IMG/VR virus record: IMGVR_UViG_2588253904_000003
Location: 12,061-76,060 of that record
Source of the DNA: a virus
Taxonomy: Duplodnaviria > Caudoviricetes
DNA length: 64,000 nt
Reading direction: 5' to 3' (one strand)
Position numbers and translations under genes: made by a program. Position 1 is the first letter of the stretch. Each line of letters starts with the position of its first letter. The notes beneath the pieces are model-generated. The model was given only the letters and a program-made list of their open reading frames with translations. It ran no database searches and had not been told where the DNA came from. Below are positions 21,787-32,083 of this stretch, piece by piece.

Positions 21787-22638
21787 TTAGTTCTTATTTG
21801 CTGTCAATACAGAGATACACTTGGGCTGCAATACCTTGGCACCATACACATGCAGGCCTTTAACAGCGTCAGAGAATCTCTTTTCAGGCCGGTATGCTTC
21901 AGTTTTGAGAATCTGCTCAGCATAGGAGCCTGCTGCATTGGTTCCGGCAATGATCTTGTACTTCTCCCCATCCGTATTCGGCACATTGTTGGAGAGCCAA
22001 ATTCTGAAGCCTGCTGCCACACCGATCTCACCGCCTTCAATGAGGGCTTTATTGTAATCTGTACCATTTCCCACAAATCTGCTATCTTTCAGCAAAAGGC
22101 CGTGATACCATGCCGGAATAACCGCCCATCTCCCAATCGTGGGCACGTTCTTTTCCGTCAAATCCGTGGAAAGATCCACCAGGTAATCATAGGCATTATC
22201 TTTGGCCGGTACAATCGGCGCTGCATCCGTTCCCAGGTTCGTGCCATTGTTCTCAGCTCCCAAATACAAAAGGTTTGCCAGGAAAAGATCCGTTGTATCG
22301 TTCATGGCATACGCTGAGCGCTGCATGGCCGAATCCATGAGTTTAGGGTTCACCTGAGCGGCATCCACATCATCAATGGAAAAGTTGAAATATTTCGCCT
22401 GATCAATGGTGAGTGTGTTCTGATCGCCGTTCAGTTCCTCCGGATCGTCAATATCCTTCCCTTTTGTGTAGTCCTTAATGGTGACATCCCCGATCTGATT
22501 GATTTTTACGGTATCACCATAGTTTTTGATCTCCCCTTCATAATCCCGGTTTACCAGGGCGGCATACACATGTGCCTTGTCAAGGTGTGCCAAAAGCCTG
22601 GCGCTCCAAATTGTGGGGATAAAATTTGCTACTGACAT
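21787..22638 (-). CDS. Major capsid protein
   Basis: 'FIPTIWSARLL...GDTVKI...KGLHVYGAKV'; follows the scaffold gene. Confidence 0.9.
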   Translation of the reverse strand: MSVANFIPTIWSARLLAHLDKAHVYAALVNRDYEGEIKNYGDTVKINQIGDVTIKDYTKGKDIDDPEELNGDQNTLTIDQAKYFNFSIDDVDAAQVNPKLMDSAMQRSAYAMNDTTDLFLANLLYLGAENNGTNLGTDAAPIVPAKDNAYDYLVDLSTDLTEKNVPTIGRWAVIPAWYHGLLLKDSRFVGNGTDYNKALIEGGEIGVAAGFRIWLSNNVPNTDGEKYKIIAGTNAAGSYAEQILKTEAYRPEKRFSDAVKGLHVYGAKVLQPKCISVLTANKN

Positions 22639-22662
22639 TTTTTCTTTCCTCCTTTATTCGCT

Positions 22663-23409
22663 TTATTTTTCTGCCTGCATGGCCGCCTGCACCGCATCCC
22701 AATTCTTATTTATCTCAGCAGGGCTCATTGCCTTAATCTGCTCCATGGTATATGCGGCATGATCTCCGGCCTTTTTCGGCGGCTTCCCACCGCTCAGACG
22801 GTCATTCACCGCCTTTTCAACTGCCTCCTGAAATGCTTTTCCCACAGCCTCTATTGAGGCGCTGCATTCCTCGGCATTGGAATAATTCAGCACAGCGGCC
22901 AGGGAAACGGGGAGCCCCTTCTCTGCAAGCTGCTCCTTTGCCGTTGCTGTGAGCTCTCTTTTGGTGAGAGCCGCTTCTCTGTCGGCAATCTCCTTCTCTT
23001 TCTTTTCCCGCTCATACTGCGCTTTCTGCTCAGCGTTCATTTTGGCCATCTTCTCTGCCTCAGTTACAGCTTCCTGCACCTTGGTATTGAGTTCAGCCTG
23101 CATTTTGCTCCGGCTTGTTTCCAGGGCCTTGCCTACTCTCCGATCAAATTCTGCCTGATTTTTCGGATCCTTTAAAAAATCGTCAAAACTTACGGGAGAG
23201 CCCGCCGCCTGGCCGGTTCCTCCTTCAGCGCCCTGGCCTGCCGCTCCTTCTCCTCCTGCTGCCCCCGGTTCTGCTCCGGTTCCTCCGGCATTTCCTGAGG
23301 TTCCTCCACCTCCGGCCCCACCGGCACCGCCTCCTGCTCCACCGTCCGGCTCAGCAAAAAACTGTAAATTCATGGGCATAGCACAATGCGCCCGGCCAAA
23401 AATCCTGCT
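22663..23409 (-). CDS. Capsid scaffolding protein (DUF4355-like)
   Basis: 'MNLQFFAE' leader, coiled coil; ATG with RBS at 23409. Confidence 0.85.
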   Translation of the reverse strand, partial: SRIFGRAHCAMPMNLQFFAEPDGGAGGGAGGAGGGGTSGNAGGTGAEPGAAGGEGAAGQGAEGGTGQAAGSPVSFDDFLKDPKNQAEFDRRVGKALETSRSKMQAELNTKVQEAVTEAEKMAKMNAEQKAQYEREKKEKEIADREAALTKRELTATAKEQLAEKGLPVSLAAVLNYSNAEECSASIEAVGKAFQEAVEKAVNDRLSGGKPPKKAGDHAAYTMEQIKAMSPAEINKNWDAVQAAMQAEK

Positions 23410-23590
23410 TACTCCATAATGATTGTTCATAAATTTCATATTGTTCTTTTCCTCCTATATGCCCCTGCATTTCCTTTCCAGGCCCCACAGATTCATTATT
23501 TTGGTTTCGCCTGCCTCTTATTTTCGGCCCTTGGCAGCACCGGGCCCGCCTCTCACCCTCGGCATGGGAGATAAAAGGATCACCGCCTTT

Positions 23591-23845
23591 CTACTCTGCT
23601 ATGTGCCAATCCTCTGCAAGCATATCCGCCTGGGACGCAAGCCACCCCATCTGCACTCCACTTGTACCCACAAAAGCAATAGCTTTGTTTCCGATTGCTT
23701 CATGAACACAGTTGACTACATTGCCGCCCGCTCTTGTGTAGCTGATATTGGTTGCAAGCTCAATATACTGCTTTTTCCCATTCCAACCTTCTCTTGCCAC
23801 TTTCTTTCCACTCTTCAGGGCTTCCAGTGCTTCTCCAAAATTCAT
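23591..23845 (-). CDS. DUF2829 / Tad2-like protein
   Basis: 'MNFGEALEALKSGKKVAREGWNGK...W.ASQ.DMLAEDW'. Confidence 0.8.
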   Translation of the reverse strand: MNFGEALEALKSGKKVAREGWNGKKQYIELATNISYTRAGGNVVNCVHEAIGNKAIAFVGTSGVQMGWLASQADMLAEDWHIAE

Positions 23846-23924
23846 GCTCAGATCCTCCTCTCTTATTTTTGTATACAAAAAGAGCCATGCATCTCTGCAC
23901 AGCCCTTCATTGCTTAAAATATTA

Positions 23925-25142
23925 TTATTTTTCCTTTTCATTTGTCTTGGTTTCTTTGTATTGTTTTTTAATCTCTTCCCATTTCTCAGGATTGTTATAT
24001 TTAATTTCCTGAAAATCTTCAAATGATTTTCCGGCTTTCTTTCCCATTACACTCCGATACCTTTCATATTGCTTTTTATCTGAAGAATGGTTTTTTATCT
24101 TCTTTTCCGCTGCCAGTGCCTTGGGATTGTTTGCTATGTTTTTTTTATACCACTCATTATAATTCATGGTTGCCGGTACTTTTTTCCATTCTTCTTTTTC
24201 CGGATCCCATGCATCCCTTTTTAACTTCTTTTTCAGCTCTTCATCCATATGGATCATTGTGGTTGATCTGCAAAATGGATGCATAGGGTTCATATTTACA
24301 CCCGGTTTTGCGTCCTCTATCTTGAATGTTTTCCCATCCAATTCCCTGCAAATCTTTGAAGTTTTCAAATCCAATGTTGCAACAAAATCATATTCTTCTG
24401 ATTTGCACTCCTTATATGCCGCAAGCTGCATCTGCCCTGAAATGAAATTGCTCTCAGTTCTCACAAGCCTCCGGGCCTCAAAGGCTCCCGCTGCATACTT
24501 ATTGGCGATCTCCCTAGCCATTTCCTCCTCACCTTTTCCAGTAAGGAGCCCAATGAGCATCTGCTCCTTCAAATCAGCAGCCACTCCCTTGGTATTTTTC
24601 CATATTCTTTGAGAATAATTTGCCCCGCTCCATTTTGATTCCAAAAGCAAGGCCACCGTTTTGGGATCTACCGCCGAAAAACTAAATTGAAAACCAACTC
24701 TTTTCTGCACATTATAAATTTCCCGGTAATAGGAATTTGTTGCCAGGTCAACATAATGTGAAGTTGTGACTTTCTTTTCCTGCTCAAATACTTCCTGCAT
24801 CATGTGATCTACTTCTGCCTGAAGCTGCTCCAATCTCTCAATGCGGGCCCGGTATGCACCGCTTTCTATCTCTGCCAATAGATCGGCATTCTTTGGATCT
24901 TGTGCAAGGGCCTTTTTTAGCTCTTCTATGTCTGTTTTATTTCTCAAAGTGTTAAGGAGCCGCTTTGCCTCCGCATCCGTCAAATTGTGCTTTGTTTTAA
25001 ATTTATTATATATCTCCTCAATTTCATAATTCAGATGCCGGGAAGCCTTTGCATATATGTCTGCCAGTTCCTTTGATACCGTTTCAGCGTCCTCCATGTA
25101 TTCAAACATGTTTTGTGCCTGCCGGTTTTCCCAATATCCCAC
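23925..25142 (-). CDS. Minor capsid/head morphogenesis protein (SPP1 gp7-like)
   Basis: 'RRLVRTE...ATLD..TS.IC...PMHPFCRST'. Confidence 0.88.
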   Translation of the reverse strand: MGYWENRQAQNMFEYMEDAETVSKELADIYAKASRHLNYEIEEIYNKFKTKHNLTDAEAKRLLNTLRNKTDIEELKKALAQDPKNADLLAEIESGAYRARIERLEQLQAEVDHMMQEVFEQEKKVTTSHYVDLATNSYYREIYNVQKRVGFQFSFSAVDPKTVALLLESKWSGANYSQRIWKNTKGVAADLKEQMLIGLLTGKGEEEMAREIANKYAAGAFEARRLVRTESNFISGQMQLAAYKECKSEEYDFVATLDLKTSKICRELDGKTFKIEDAKPGVNMNPMHPFCRSTTMIHMDEELKKKLKRDAWDPEKEEWKKVPATMNYNEWYKKNIANNPKALAAEKKIKNHSSDKKQYERYRSVMGKKAGKSFEDFQEIKYNNPEKWEEIKKQYKETKTNEKEK

Positions 25143-25147
25143 TCAGA

Positions 25148-26638
25148 TCACCCCTTGCTTCCTGCTGCCTGCTGCTTCTCCTTTTCCTCTTCAGCCTCTT
25201 CTTTGGGTTCCTCTTTGGCCTCCCCATCCGGATCGGTTTCTTCCTCCTCAGGCTCCTCTTCCTCTCCAAATTCAGGCGGCTCATTGGCTCCCATTCCAAA
25301 AAGCTCCTGCTGCCGCTTTACCTCTTCGGCCTTTTGCTTTGTAACCTCTTCAATCTCATAATCCGGATCTTCCACAAATGGCAGGAGCTTCAGCAGCGTT
25401 TTGGCCGATACATTATCTTTCAGATTAGCCACAATCTGAGCCAGTTCCAGGAGATTTTTAGGCAATGCCCGGCTGAAGGTTGCCATGATTGAGCCCGCCT
25501 CCATGAGAATGGCCTTCATGCTGAGGAAATTGCAGTATAGCCGGATCCTCTTCCTGAGGCCCTTTTTATACTGCCTTTCCTTTACCTTCGTGATCATTTC
25601 CAGGCCCAGGAGCTTATACTCCATAGCCACACCGGACACATTACCGGCAAAATTTTCATCCATGAAGTTGGGCACATGGCTGAAATTGTAAATATCTTCT
25701 TTTATGGCCTTCCTGAGCACCTCTGCCCCGTTTTCGTCCATTTGCCTGCTCAGGTATTCCGCTTTTGCGTCCTCAGGCAGTTCCAGGAGCTTATTCTCTC
25801 TCAGCTTCTTTTGTGCCTCCGTGGTTTCCTCTTCGTCATCCCCTAAAATAGCCCCATACAAAACAAGCACCGCATCAATGAATTGCTCTTTATCATTGAT
25901 CCGGTCACTCATTAAAGTGTTGTATGCGTCTATCAAAGGGATCTGCTGCTCAAAATCCCCTATTGCCTCCTTATTGTTCAGATATTCTATGATCTGAGGT
26001 TCACCAAAATAATGCTGCACCGGCTCCTCTGTCACAAGTTGGGAAATATCTGATCCGCTGTCAAGAATATTCAGCACATATGTATAGTTGGCTGTGCTCA
26101 CCGTGGCCACATATGTATATGTATCCTGCACAGAGTTCTTTTTCTTGTAGTAGTACACCCCACAGAGCTCATTTTCTTCTATGGTGTCATCCACCACTAT
26201 GAAGGTGGATAATGGAGAGATATTCTTGGAAACGGGGGCCGCCTCTCCCTCCTTCGTGTACACATATTCATAAGCTAACCCATAAATGCTCATATCTAGG
26301 GCATTATCCGCATCCACGTCATCCACATTGGCATTGTCAAAGGCCGTGAGTAACGGATCAATGTTCTGCTCCCCACTGTTTGAGTATGTGACCGGGTTCC
26401 CCATGAAGTACCCCGTGGCCGTGTCTGAAATATCTTTGGCATGGTTGCATGTTACTTTGCTATTGGGTGCCTCCTTCTCCCGCTTCCGCTCCTCAATTTT
26501 ATGGTGCCCATCATAATACCTTTTATTTTTCAGCAGGCGGGCCATCATGCCCTCATGCTTCTTTACCAACGTGAGAATAATGCTTTTATTTAGGTTTCTT
26601 TCGTCAAATTGTTCTGCCGGATATGTAAAACGTTCCAC
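25148..26638 (-). CDS. Portal protein (SPP1 gp6-like)
   Basis: 'FAGNVSGVAMEYKL' motif; probable GTG start at 26638. Confidence 0.9.
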   Translation of the reverse strand: MERFTYPAEQFDERNLNKSIILTLVKKHEGMMARLLKNKRYYDGHHKIEERKREKEAPNSKVTCNHAKDISDTATGYFMGNPVTYSNSGEQNIDPLLTAFDNANVDDVDADNALDMSIYGLAYEYVYTKEGEAAPVSKNISPLSTFIVVDDTIEENELCGVYYYKKKNSVQDTYTYVATVSTANYTYVLNILDSGSDISQLVTEEPVQHYFGEPQIIEYLNNKEAIGDFEQQIPLIDAYNTLMSDRINDKEQFIDAVLVLYGAILGDDEEETTEAQKKLRENKLLELPEDAKAEYLSRQMDENGAEVLRKAIKEDIYNFSHVPNFMDENFAGNVSGVAMEYKLLGLEMITKVKERQYKKGLRKRIRLYCNFLSMKAILMEAGSIMATFSRALPKNLLELAQIVANLKDNVSAKTLLKLLPFVEDPDYEIEEVTKQKAEEVKRQQELFGMGANEPPEFGEEEEPEEEETDPDGEAKEEPKEEAEEEKEKQQAAGSKG

Positions 26639-26666
26639 TTCAATCCCTCCTAACAAAAAGAGAGCC

Positions 26667-27275
26667 CTATTCAGGGGCTCTCCTACTTCTCCACATTGCT
26701 TTATTTGCACAACTTCTTGAGCAATATCTTACTTTTTTAAATTTATTAGTTAAAAATTCCTTTCCGCAAATTACACATACTCTAGTAACATTATCTAGCC
26801 CGCTTTTTCTCCTCCATTTACTCCTGCAAGCATTGGAACAAAATTTATTATTTCCATGGTATTGCGTTTCATATTCTTTTCCGCACATTTCGCAAATTAA
26901 AGTTCTTTTTCCTGAAAATGTTTCCATCGCATGTTTTGAATGCCACTCTTTCCCCTCCTTGCTTTTGTGCCAATCCTTTGCCGCTTCAACCGCTTTTGCA
27001 AAATTTTTTCTCCCTTCTCCTGGGTGTTCATCATGCCATTTTTGACTATGCATGGATTGATGTTTTCCGGCCTTAATCATTTCAAGGTTTGATATGTCAT
27101 TATTTGCTTTATCTTCATCCTTATGGTGTATATCATACCCTTTTGGAATAGGCCCATTGTAAAATTCCCATACATATCTATGCATCCGCTTTTCTATTGT
27201 GGAATTTAGATAATACCCGGTTTTATCATCCCTTGTGAATTTCAGGCCGTTAAAATATTGGTATTTGCTGCTCAT
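26667..27275 (-). CDS. HNH endonuclease with C-terminal Zn-finger repeats
   Basis: 'HHKDEDKANN..SNL' plus two CxxC...CSxxC units. Confidence 0.85.
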   Translation of the reverse strand: MSSKYQYFNGLKFTRDDKTGYYLNSTIEKRMHRYVWEFYNGPIPKGYDIHHKDEDKANNDISNLEMIKAGKHQSMHSQKWHDEHPGEGRKNFAKAVEAAKDWHKSKEGKEWHSKHAMETFSGKRTLICEMCGKEYETQYHGNNKFCSNACRSKWRRKSGLDNVTRVCVICGKEFLTNKFKKVRYCSRSCANKAMWRSRRAPE

Positions 27276-27529
27276 TTTGCTTTCCTCTGCTCTGCAATTT
27301 TCATAATTTCGGCCATTACTTCAGATTGATTGGTTAAATAATTTAGGAACATGAATGATCTCATGCAATGCATATAATCATCCTGATCTGCCCTTCCTAA
27401 TGCTATTTTATTCAAACTATCAGCCATCTTGTTTAACATGAGGCTCATTGTGTATATGGCTTCATTTTCCGATTTCTTATTTGCTTCCGTGTTATTCCCT
27501 TTCGGTCTAAATTCAATTACTTTACTCAT
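27272..27529 (-). CDS. Hypothetical protein in moron
   Basis: Strong RBS (aaaggag); AT-rich. Confidence 0.6.
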   Translation of the reverse strand: MSKVIEFRPKGNNTEANKKSENEAIYTMSLMLNKMADSLNKIALGRADQDDYMHCMRSFMFLNYLTNQSEVMAEIMKIAEQRKAK

Positions 27530-27652
27530 AGTTATCTCCTTTCAAATTATGCTTGAAAGAAGTTCCATTCTGCTCTATAATGTGTACAGAAGGAAACTTC
27601 TGATATGGAGCAATCGTGATACCGTCCAAAGTGAAACGATTGCTCTTATTTT

Positions 27653-27829
27653 TTACCTATCTTTTACCTCTTCATAGACCTTCTCAATTCCCTTTCTAAC
27701 AATATCTGATTTTGATAAACCAGTTTTTTCACAGCAAAATTCTAAAAGTTCAACTTCCCTATCAGAAAGCCTTATTCTATATTGATTGTTTTTGGGGTCT
27801 TTTGTTGGCCTGCCTGTTCTTGGTGACAC
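27653..27829 (-). CDS. Ribbon-helix-helix DNA-binding protein (58 aa, not in ORF track)
   Basis: GGAGG RBS, GTG start: MSPRTGRPTKDPKNNQYRIRLSDREVELLEFCCEKTGLSKSDIVRKGIEKVYEEVKDR. Confidence 0.75.
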   Translation of the reverse strand: MSPRTGRPTKDPKNNQYRIRLSDREVELLEFCCEKTGLSKSDIVRKGIEKVYEEVKDR

Positions 27830-27885
27830 TTTTTTCCTCCTTTCTTTTGGCTACACATAAATTATATATTTTGCGTAGCCAAAAG

Positions 27886-29157
27886 TCAATAGTGAATCCC
27901 TAATTTCTTTTTTTCTCTTATTTTCGCTTTTTTGTTCATTATTTCGTCAGATATTGCATACCTGGTACAGTCAAGAAAATGGTTGTCTTTATCAGGGTAT
28001 GATCCTTTGAAATTTCCGTTTTTATCCTTTTCCAGTTCATATGAGGAAAATTCACGGGCTGCATTCGGGCACCTCACCGGATCAATAACAATATAATCCA
28101 AATCATTGGCCAGGTAATTGATCCCAAAATCAACGGATCCGGGCCCCTTTTTTGCCGGGTACACCCTCAGGCCTAACTCATTGAAGGAGGATATGGAGCG
28201 GGGTTCCTCGCTGTCTGCTATGATGATCTTGTTATCAGGATTTAGCTTCTTAATCTCCTCCACAGCCTTCCGGGTTTTTAGGTTCACCTGGTAGATCTCA
28301 GCAAAGATGTAAAGCCGCCTCTGCTTCTTATTCAGGTGCATTCTTCCAAATGCAAGCGGATCCGCCGCAAAACCAAAATCCAGGCCTTGCTTAATCTTAT
28401 CAAAGATCGCTATCTCTTCATCCGTGATCTCCCTCAGAATCACATTATCAAATACTTTTCCACCGGTTCCAGTAGCCTCTCCCAGGTACTCATGCCGGTA
28501 TGCCATTCTTTTCCGCTTTTTGAGCTCTTCAGCCTCAATGAAAAATTGCTCTCCCAACCAACTCCTGGGCACTGTCAAATAGGTGGAATGGCTGCACAGC
28601 GTATCCTCCCGCACCTGAAGCACATCCTGATTTACCCATGAATTGAGGCTCTTTGGCGGGTTCCATGTGTAAAATACCACATACTTATCACCGCCACGCA
28701 TTAAGGACTGGTTTATTTTTCTTTCATCTTCATCCCCTTCAAACTCAGCCCTTTCCTCATACCATATGTATTTAAAATAGCCCTTCCTCAGTTTGATTGA
28801 CTTGGACTTGTTAGGATCATCACAGCCCCTAAATACAATCCTTTGCCCTGTTGGCTTATAGGTTAGCCTCAGGGGGGAGAGGGTTATTTTCCATAAGTGG
28901 CTTACTTCCAGGGCATCTATGGCCCACAAAAGCTGCTCAAAAACGCTCTCAGCCAGGGTATTGCCCACCTTCCTGAAACAAGCGGCATTCGCATTGGGAT
29001 CCTGCATCATGCCGTAAATTATTTCCAGGCTCACAAATGAGGATTTAGTGGAGCCTCTGCCTCCGTATAGCTTATAGTGGGTATGTTTACCCTCCAAAAT
29101 ATCCCAATGAATATCATAGAATTGTGGTGCAATGAGATCAGATAGTCTAATCTCCAT
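27886..29157 (-). CDS. Terminase large subunit, PBSX family
   Basis: GGRGSTKS Walker A, 'WYEE' Walker B, GLDFGF nuclease motif. Confidence 0.93.
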   Translation of the reverse strand: MEIRLSDLIAPQFYDIHWDILEGKHTHYKLYGGRGSTKSSFVSLEIIYGMMQDPNANAACFRKVGNTLAESVFEQLLWAIDALEVSHLWKITLSPLRLTYKPTGQRIVFRGCDDPNKSKSIKLRKGYFKYIWYEERAEFEGDEDERKINQSLMRGGDKYVVFYTWNPPKSLNSWVNQDVLQVREDTLCSHSTYLTVPRSWLGEQFFIEAEELKKRKRMAYRHEYLGEATGTGGKVFDNVILREITDEEIAIFDKIKQGLDFGFAADPLAFGRMHLNKKQRRLYIFAEIYQVNLKTRKAVEEIKKLNPDNKIIIADSEEPRSISSFNELGLRVYPAKKGPGSVDFGINYLANDLDYIVIDPVRCPNAAREFSSYELEKDKNGNFKGSYPDKDNHFLDCTRYAISDEIMNKKAKIREKKKLGIHY

Positions 29158-29596
29158 TCGGTGCCCTTGGTATATCGTTTATAATGGTGACGGGCTCTAA
29201 TTTCCCGGTGATCTCCTGCTTATCCACAAATAGCCGGTATCTTTTTCCCAATAGCTCTGCCGCCTTGGTTCTGTCCTGAAGGGAAGGATCCAAATCAAAT
29301 TGATCCCGCTCCTCTCCTCTCATTACCCTTGTGAGATATTGCAGCACCTCCTCAGCGCTTGCCACCCTTTTTTCTTCCAGTTCTGCAAGCCGCAAATCTA
29401 TATATTCTTTTAGGTAAGGTTTTGTCAGGTTTTCGCTTCCCATGGCTTTTGCCGTTTTTTCAGAATATCCGGCCAGTTTTGCGGCCTCCGTGGCATTCAG
29501 CGTGGTAATGTAATGATCACAGAATGCCGCTTGCTTTTCGCTCATTAGCCTCTTCAGTTCCTTCATTCTCTCCATCTGCTGCCCTTCCATGCTCAT
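29147..29596 (-). CDS. Terminase small subunit
   Basis: 'NATEAAKLAGYSEKTA...ENLTKP'. Confidence 0.9.
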   Translation of the reverse strand: MSMEGQQMERMKELKRLMSEKQAAFCDHYITTLNATEAAKLAGYSEKTAKAMGSENLTKPYLKEYIDLRLAELEEKRVASAEEVLQYLTRVMRGEERDQFDLDPSLQDRTKAAELLGKRYRLFVDKQEITGKLEPVTIINDIPRAPNGD

Positions 29597-29810
29597 TCAC
29601 TTCCTTCCACTTGTCTGCCAGGTATTTCAGCAGCTTCACCTTACTGAAGAAAACCTCTCCATCCCGGTTCGGGTGCTCTTCCCATAAAATCAACTTTGTG
29701 CATAGCCGCCCTTGGCTCTCTGAATAAAATTGCTGAGTATTTATCTTGTATACAATGCCCTGCTGCCTCAGGGCCTTCAGTAAATTATTGATTTTCCCTT
29801 GTACGTTCAC
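29517..29810 (-). CDS. Hypothetical phage protein
   Basis: GTG start with G-rich RBS; first late gene. Confidence 0.55.
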   Translation of the reverse strand: MNVQGKINNLLKALRQQGIVYKINTQQFYSESQGRLCTKLILWEEHPNRDGEVFFSKVKLLKYLADKWKEVNEHGRAADGENEGTEEANERKASGIL

Positions 29811-29958
29811 CCTTCCCCCTCCTTTGCACACGAAAAAGGCACCCACGCACAGAGGCGGGATGCCCTTTCCTTCAGGTTTCAATTCATAAGGGGATAAGCC
29901 AACAAATTTTCACCTGATAGCATTATAGATCATTTAAAATGAGAATTGTGAGAAACTT

Positions 29959-30417
29959 TCATTTTTTTCTCTTTTTCTTTTCCGGGTGTTCCTTCAGGTA
30001 CTTAGTGAGCAGCTTCTCCGGGTATGTCCGATCACAGTTCATGGCGGCGGCCACTTTATCCCAGGAGAGCCCCTCTTCATACCTCAGGCTTATAATTCTC
30101 CGGATCCTGCTGTCATTTATGCTCTTTATGTACTGAGATATTTTAAACTCTGCATCCACCGCCTGCTGCCGCCGCTTCAGCAAAAGGAGCTCACTTTCTG
30201 TCAACTCCCTCCGGCGCTTCCGGCTTCCTTTATTGTCTACCCCGGTTATTGTCTTGGTTGTGCGTACATACGGAAAATCGGGCATGGAAGCCTGCACTCT
30301 ATCTGTCACTTTTCCCACCCTTTGCTCCTGCATTTTTTCAACCTTGGCATCCAACTCCTGGATCTCTTTCCTGAGATCCAATAATTGCTCTAACTCACTT
30401 TTAGTCACCCTCAGCAC
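29959..30417 (-). CDS. Late transcription activator (RinA/ArpU-like)
   Basis: C-terminal 'RRIISLRYEEGLSWDKVA' HTH; precedes terminase. Confidence 0.75.
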   Translation of the reverse strand: MLRVTKSELEQLLDLRKEIQELDAKVEKMQEQRVGKVTDRVQASMPDFPYVRTTKTITGVDNKGSRKRRRELTESELLLLKRRQQAVDAEFKISQYIKSINDSRIRRIISLRYEEGLSWDKVAAAMNCDRTYPEKLLTKYLKEHPEKKKRKK

Positions 30418-30420
30418 CTC

Positions 30421-30801
30421 CTAATTGAACGGGAGCCCTTCATATTCTTCAGGCGCTTCCATGTAGCCGCCTGCTGCCGGGCCGGTGTTCCCCTGCTTCC
30501 CGTCACAGAATGTAAAGCCTTCACAGATAAACTCTGTATAATATATCTTGTTTCCATTCTTTTCATAGGAGCCGCTTTCTGCCCTGGCACAAATTCCGAT
30601 CCTCATGCCTCTCTTCAGGTGCTTCTCAACAAATTCACCTCTGCCGCCCAATGCTTTGAAGGTGAGAAAATCTGCCGCCCGCTCCTTTGTCGGTCTGTCT
30701 ACTGCCAGGGTAAACCTTGCCACACATACCGGCTTTTCACCCTGGCTATATCTCACTTCCGGATCCCTTGTGAGCCTCCCTATGAAATTACAGCTATTCA
30801 T
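30421..30801 (-). CDS. ssb: Single-stranded DNA-binding protein
   Basis: 'GRLTRDPEVRY...FTLAVDR', ends LPFN. Confidence 0.9.
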   Translation of the reverse strand: MNSCNFIGRLTRDPEVRYSQGEKPVCVARFTLAVDRPTKERAADFLTFKALGGRGEFVEKHLKRGMRIGICARAESGSYEKNGNKIYYTEFICEGFTFCDGKQGNTGPAAGGYMEAPEEYEGLPFN

Positions 30802-31123
30802 TGCCCACTTCCTCCTCTCTTATAACTTTTTCCTCTTTCACATTACTCAGAGGAATACAAAAAGTGCCCTGAGGTTCCCATTCCTTCCAGTGCTCCTCAA
30901 ATTCTTCAAAAGAATCGTACAAGCACATGCCCGCCTCTGTTTCTGTTTTATACATGGTTTCCATCACGGCTCTTTCCGATTCTTCCGGCCAACTGTAAAG
31001 GTGCCATGATTCGTGATTGTCATAATCCCACAATGAGAGGAGCAGGGTGTGGCCATCTATTGGCCACCCGGTTCCGCTCACCTTCCCCTCAATAATTTTG
31101 GGCATATAGTTCCGCATAGTCAT
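30794..31123 (-). CDS. Hypothetical phage protein
   Basis: Acidic ORF; probable start MTMRNY. Confidence 0.55.
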   Translation of the reverse strand: MTMRNYMPKIIEGKVSGTGWPIDGHTLLLSLWDYDNHESWHLYSWPEESERAVMETMYKTETEAGMCLYDSFEEFEEHWKEWEPQGTFCIPLSNVKEEKVIREEEVGNE

Positions 31124-31695
31124 ACCCCCTTGATCTTGGTTGCTATCATATCCGCTGTATGAGTATAGAGCACATTCGGGCACCGTTTCACAGCTTCCGT
31201 GTAAAACTTCCACTCTTTACTGTCTGTAAAAGCTCCCATGTGATACCGGATACAGAGCTTTTCTTCCACCGTGAGATCAATGTGCCCCATGAGCATGATC
31301 AGGCTCTTATCTCCATGCCCTGGCCACAGCGCCTCCTCATTCCATACCGCCTGCCCTGGCCCATATACCGGCCCGCCGCCCTGGTCTACTGATACAATCT
31401 CCTGCTGTATCACATAATCATCCATTTTACACACATCATGCAGCATACCCACCACGGCGGGGCTCTCTTTCCTCTGCCACTTCAGGCCCAATCTATCAGT
31501 AAGCATGATCAGCTCATGTGTTACCTGAAGGCTGTGATCGAATAGTGAGCCCTCATAGGAAGCATGGTGCTTCATGGAAGCCGGGGCCGTATAATACCCC
31601 ACTTCCTCCAACCAATCCAGGAGCCTGCTGCCGCCCACATTCTCAAAAAACTGCTGCATGATAATCTTTTTACTTTCCATTTTCAGCTCTTCCAA
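31120..31695 (-). CDS. HD-domain phosphohydrolase
   Basis: 'APAS..HH...HS...LHD.CK...HMG...AD'. Confidence 0.85.
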   Translation of the reverse strand: MEELKMESKKIIMQQFFENVGGSRLLDWLEEVGYYTAPASMKHHASYEGSLFDHSLQVTHELIMLTDRLGLKWQRKESPAVVGMLHDVCKMDDYVIQQEIVSVDQGGGPVYGPGQAVWNEEALWPGHGDKSLIMLMGHIDLTVEEKLCIRYHMGAFTDSKEWKFYTEAVKRCPNVLYTHTADMIATKIKGV

Positions 31696-32083
31696 TTTCT
31701 TCCCTCCTATTTCTTCTCAGTCAATGCCTTGGCCACCGCTATGAATAGCGCTATCAGAATCATAAGCACCAGGGCCGCCAATACAATCAGGCACCCGGCC
31801 CCTATCATTTTCAGAATCGTCCACATGATTTCCATTTCGCTCTCCTCCTCTCATAAATTCTGCCGCCGCCATGATCTCCCTTCTCAGTTCTTCCATGCCT
31901 GCCGCCGCATTTAAAGCCGCCTCATGGACTTGGCGGGCCATTTCCTTCAACCCTTCTCCTGCTGCCCTCTGCACCTCTCTCAGGCGCTCATGGAGCAGCT
32001 CAGGCCAGTGCTCTGCCCACCATGCCTCATACTGCTCCGGGTTCATTCCATATATTTTTTTGAATTGCTTTCTTTTCTGCCTC

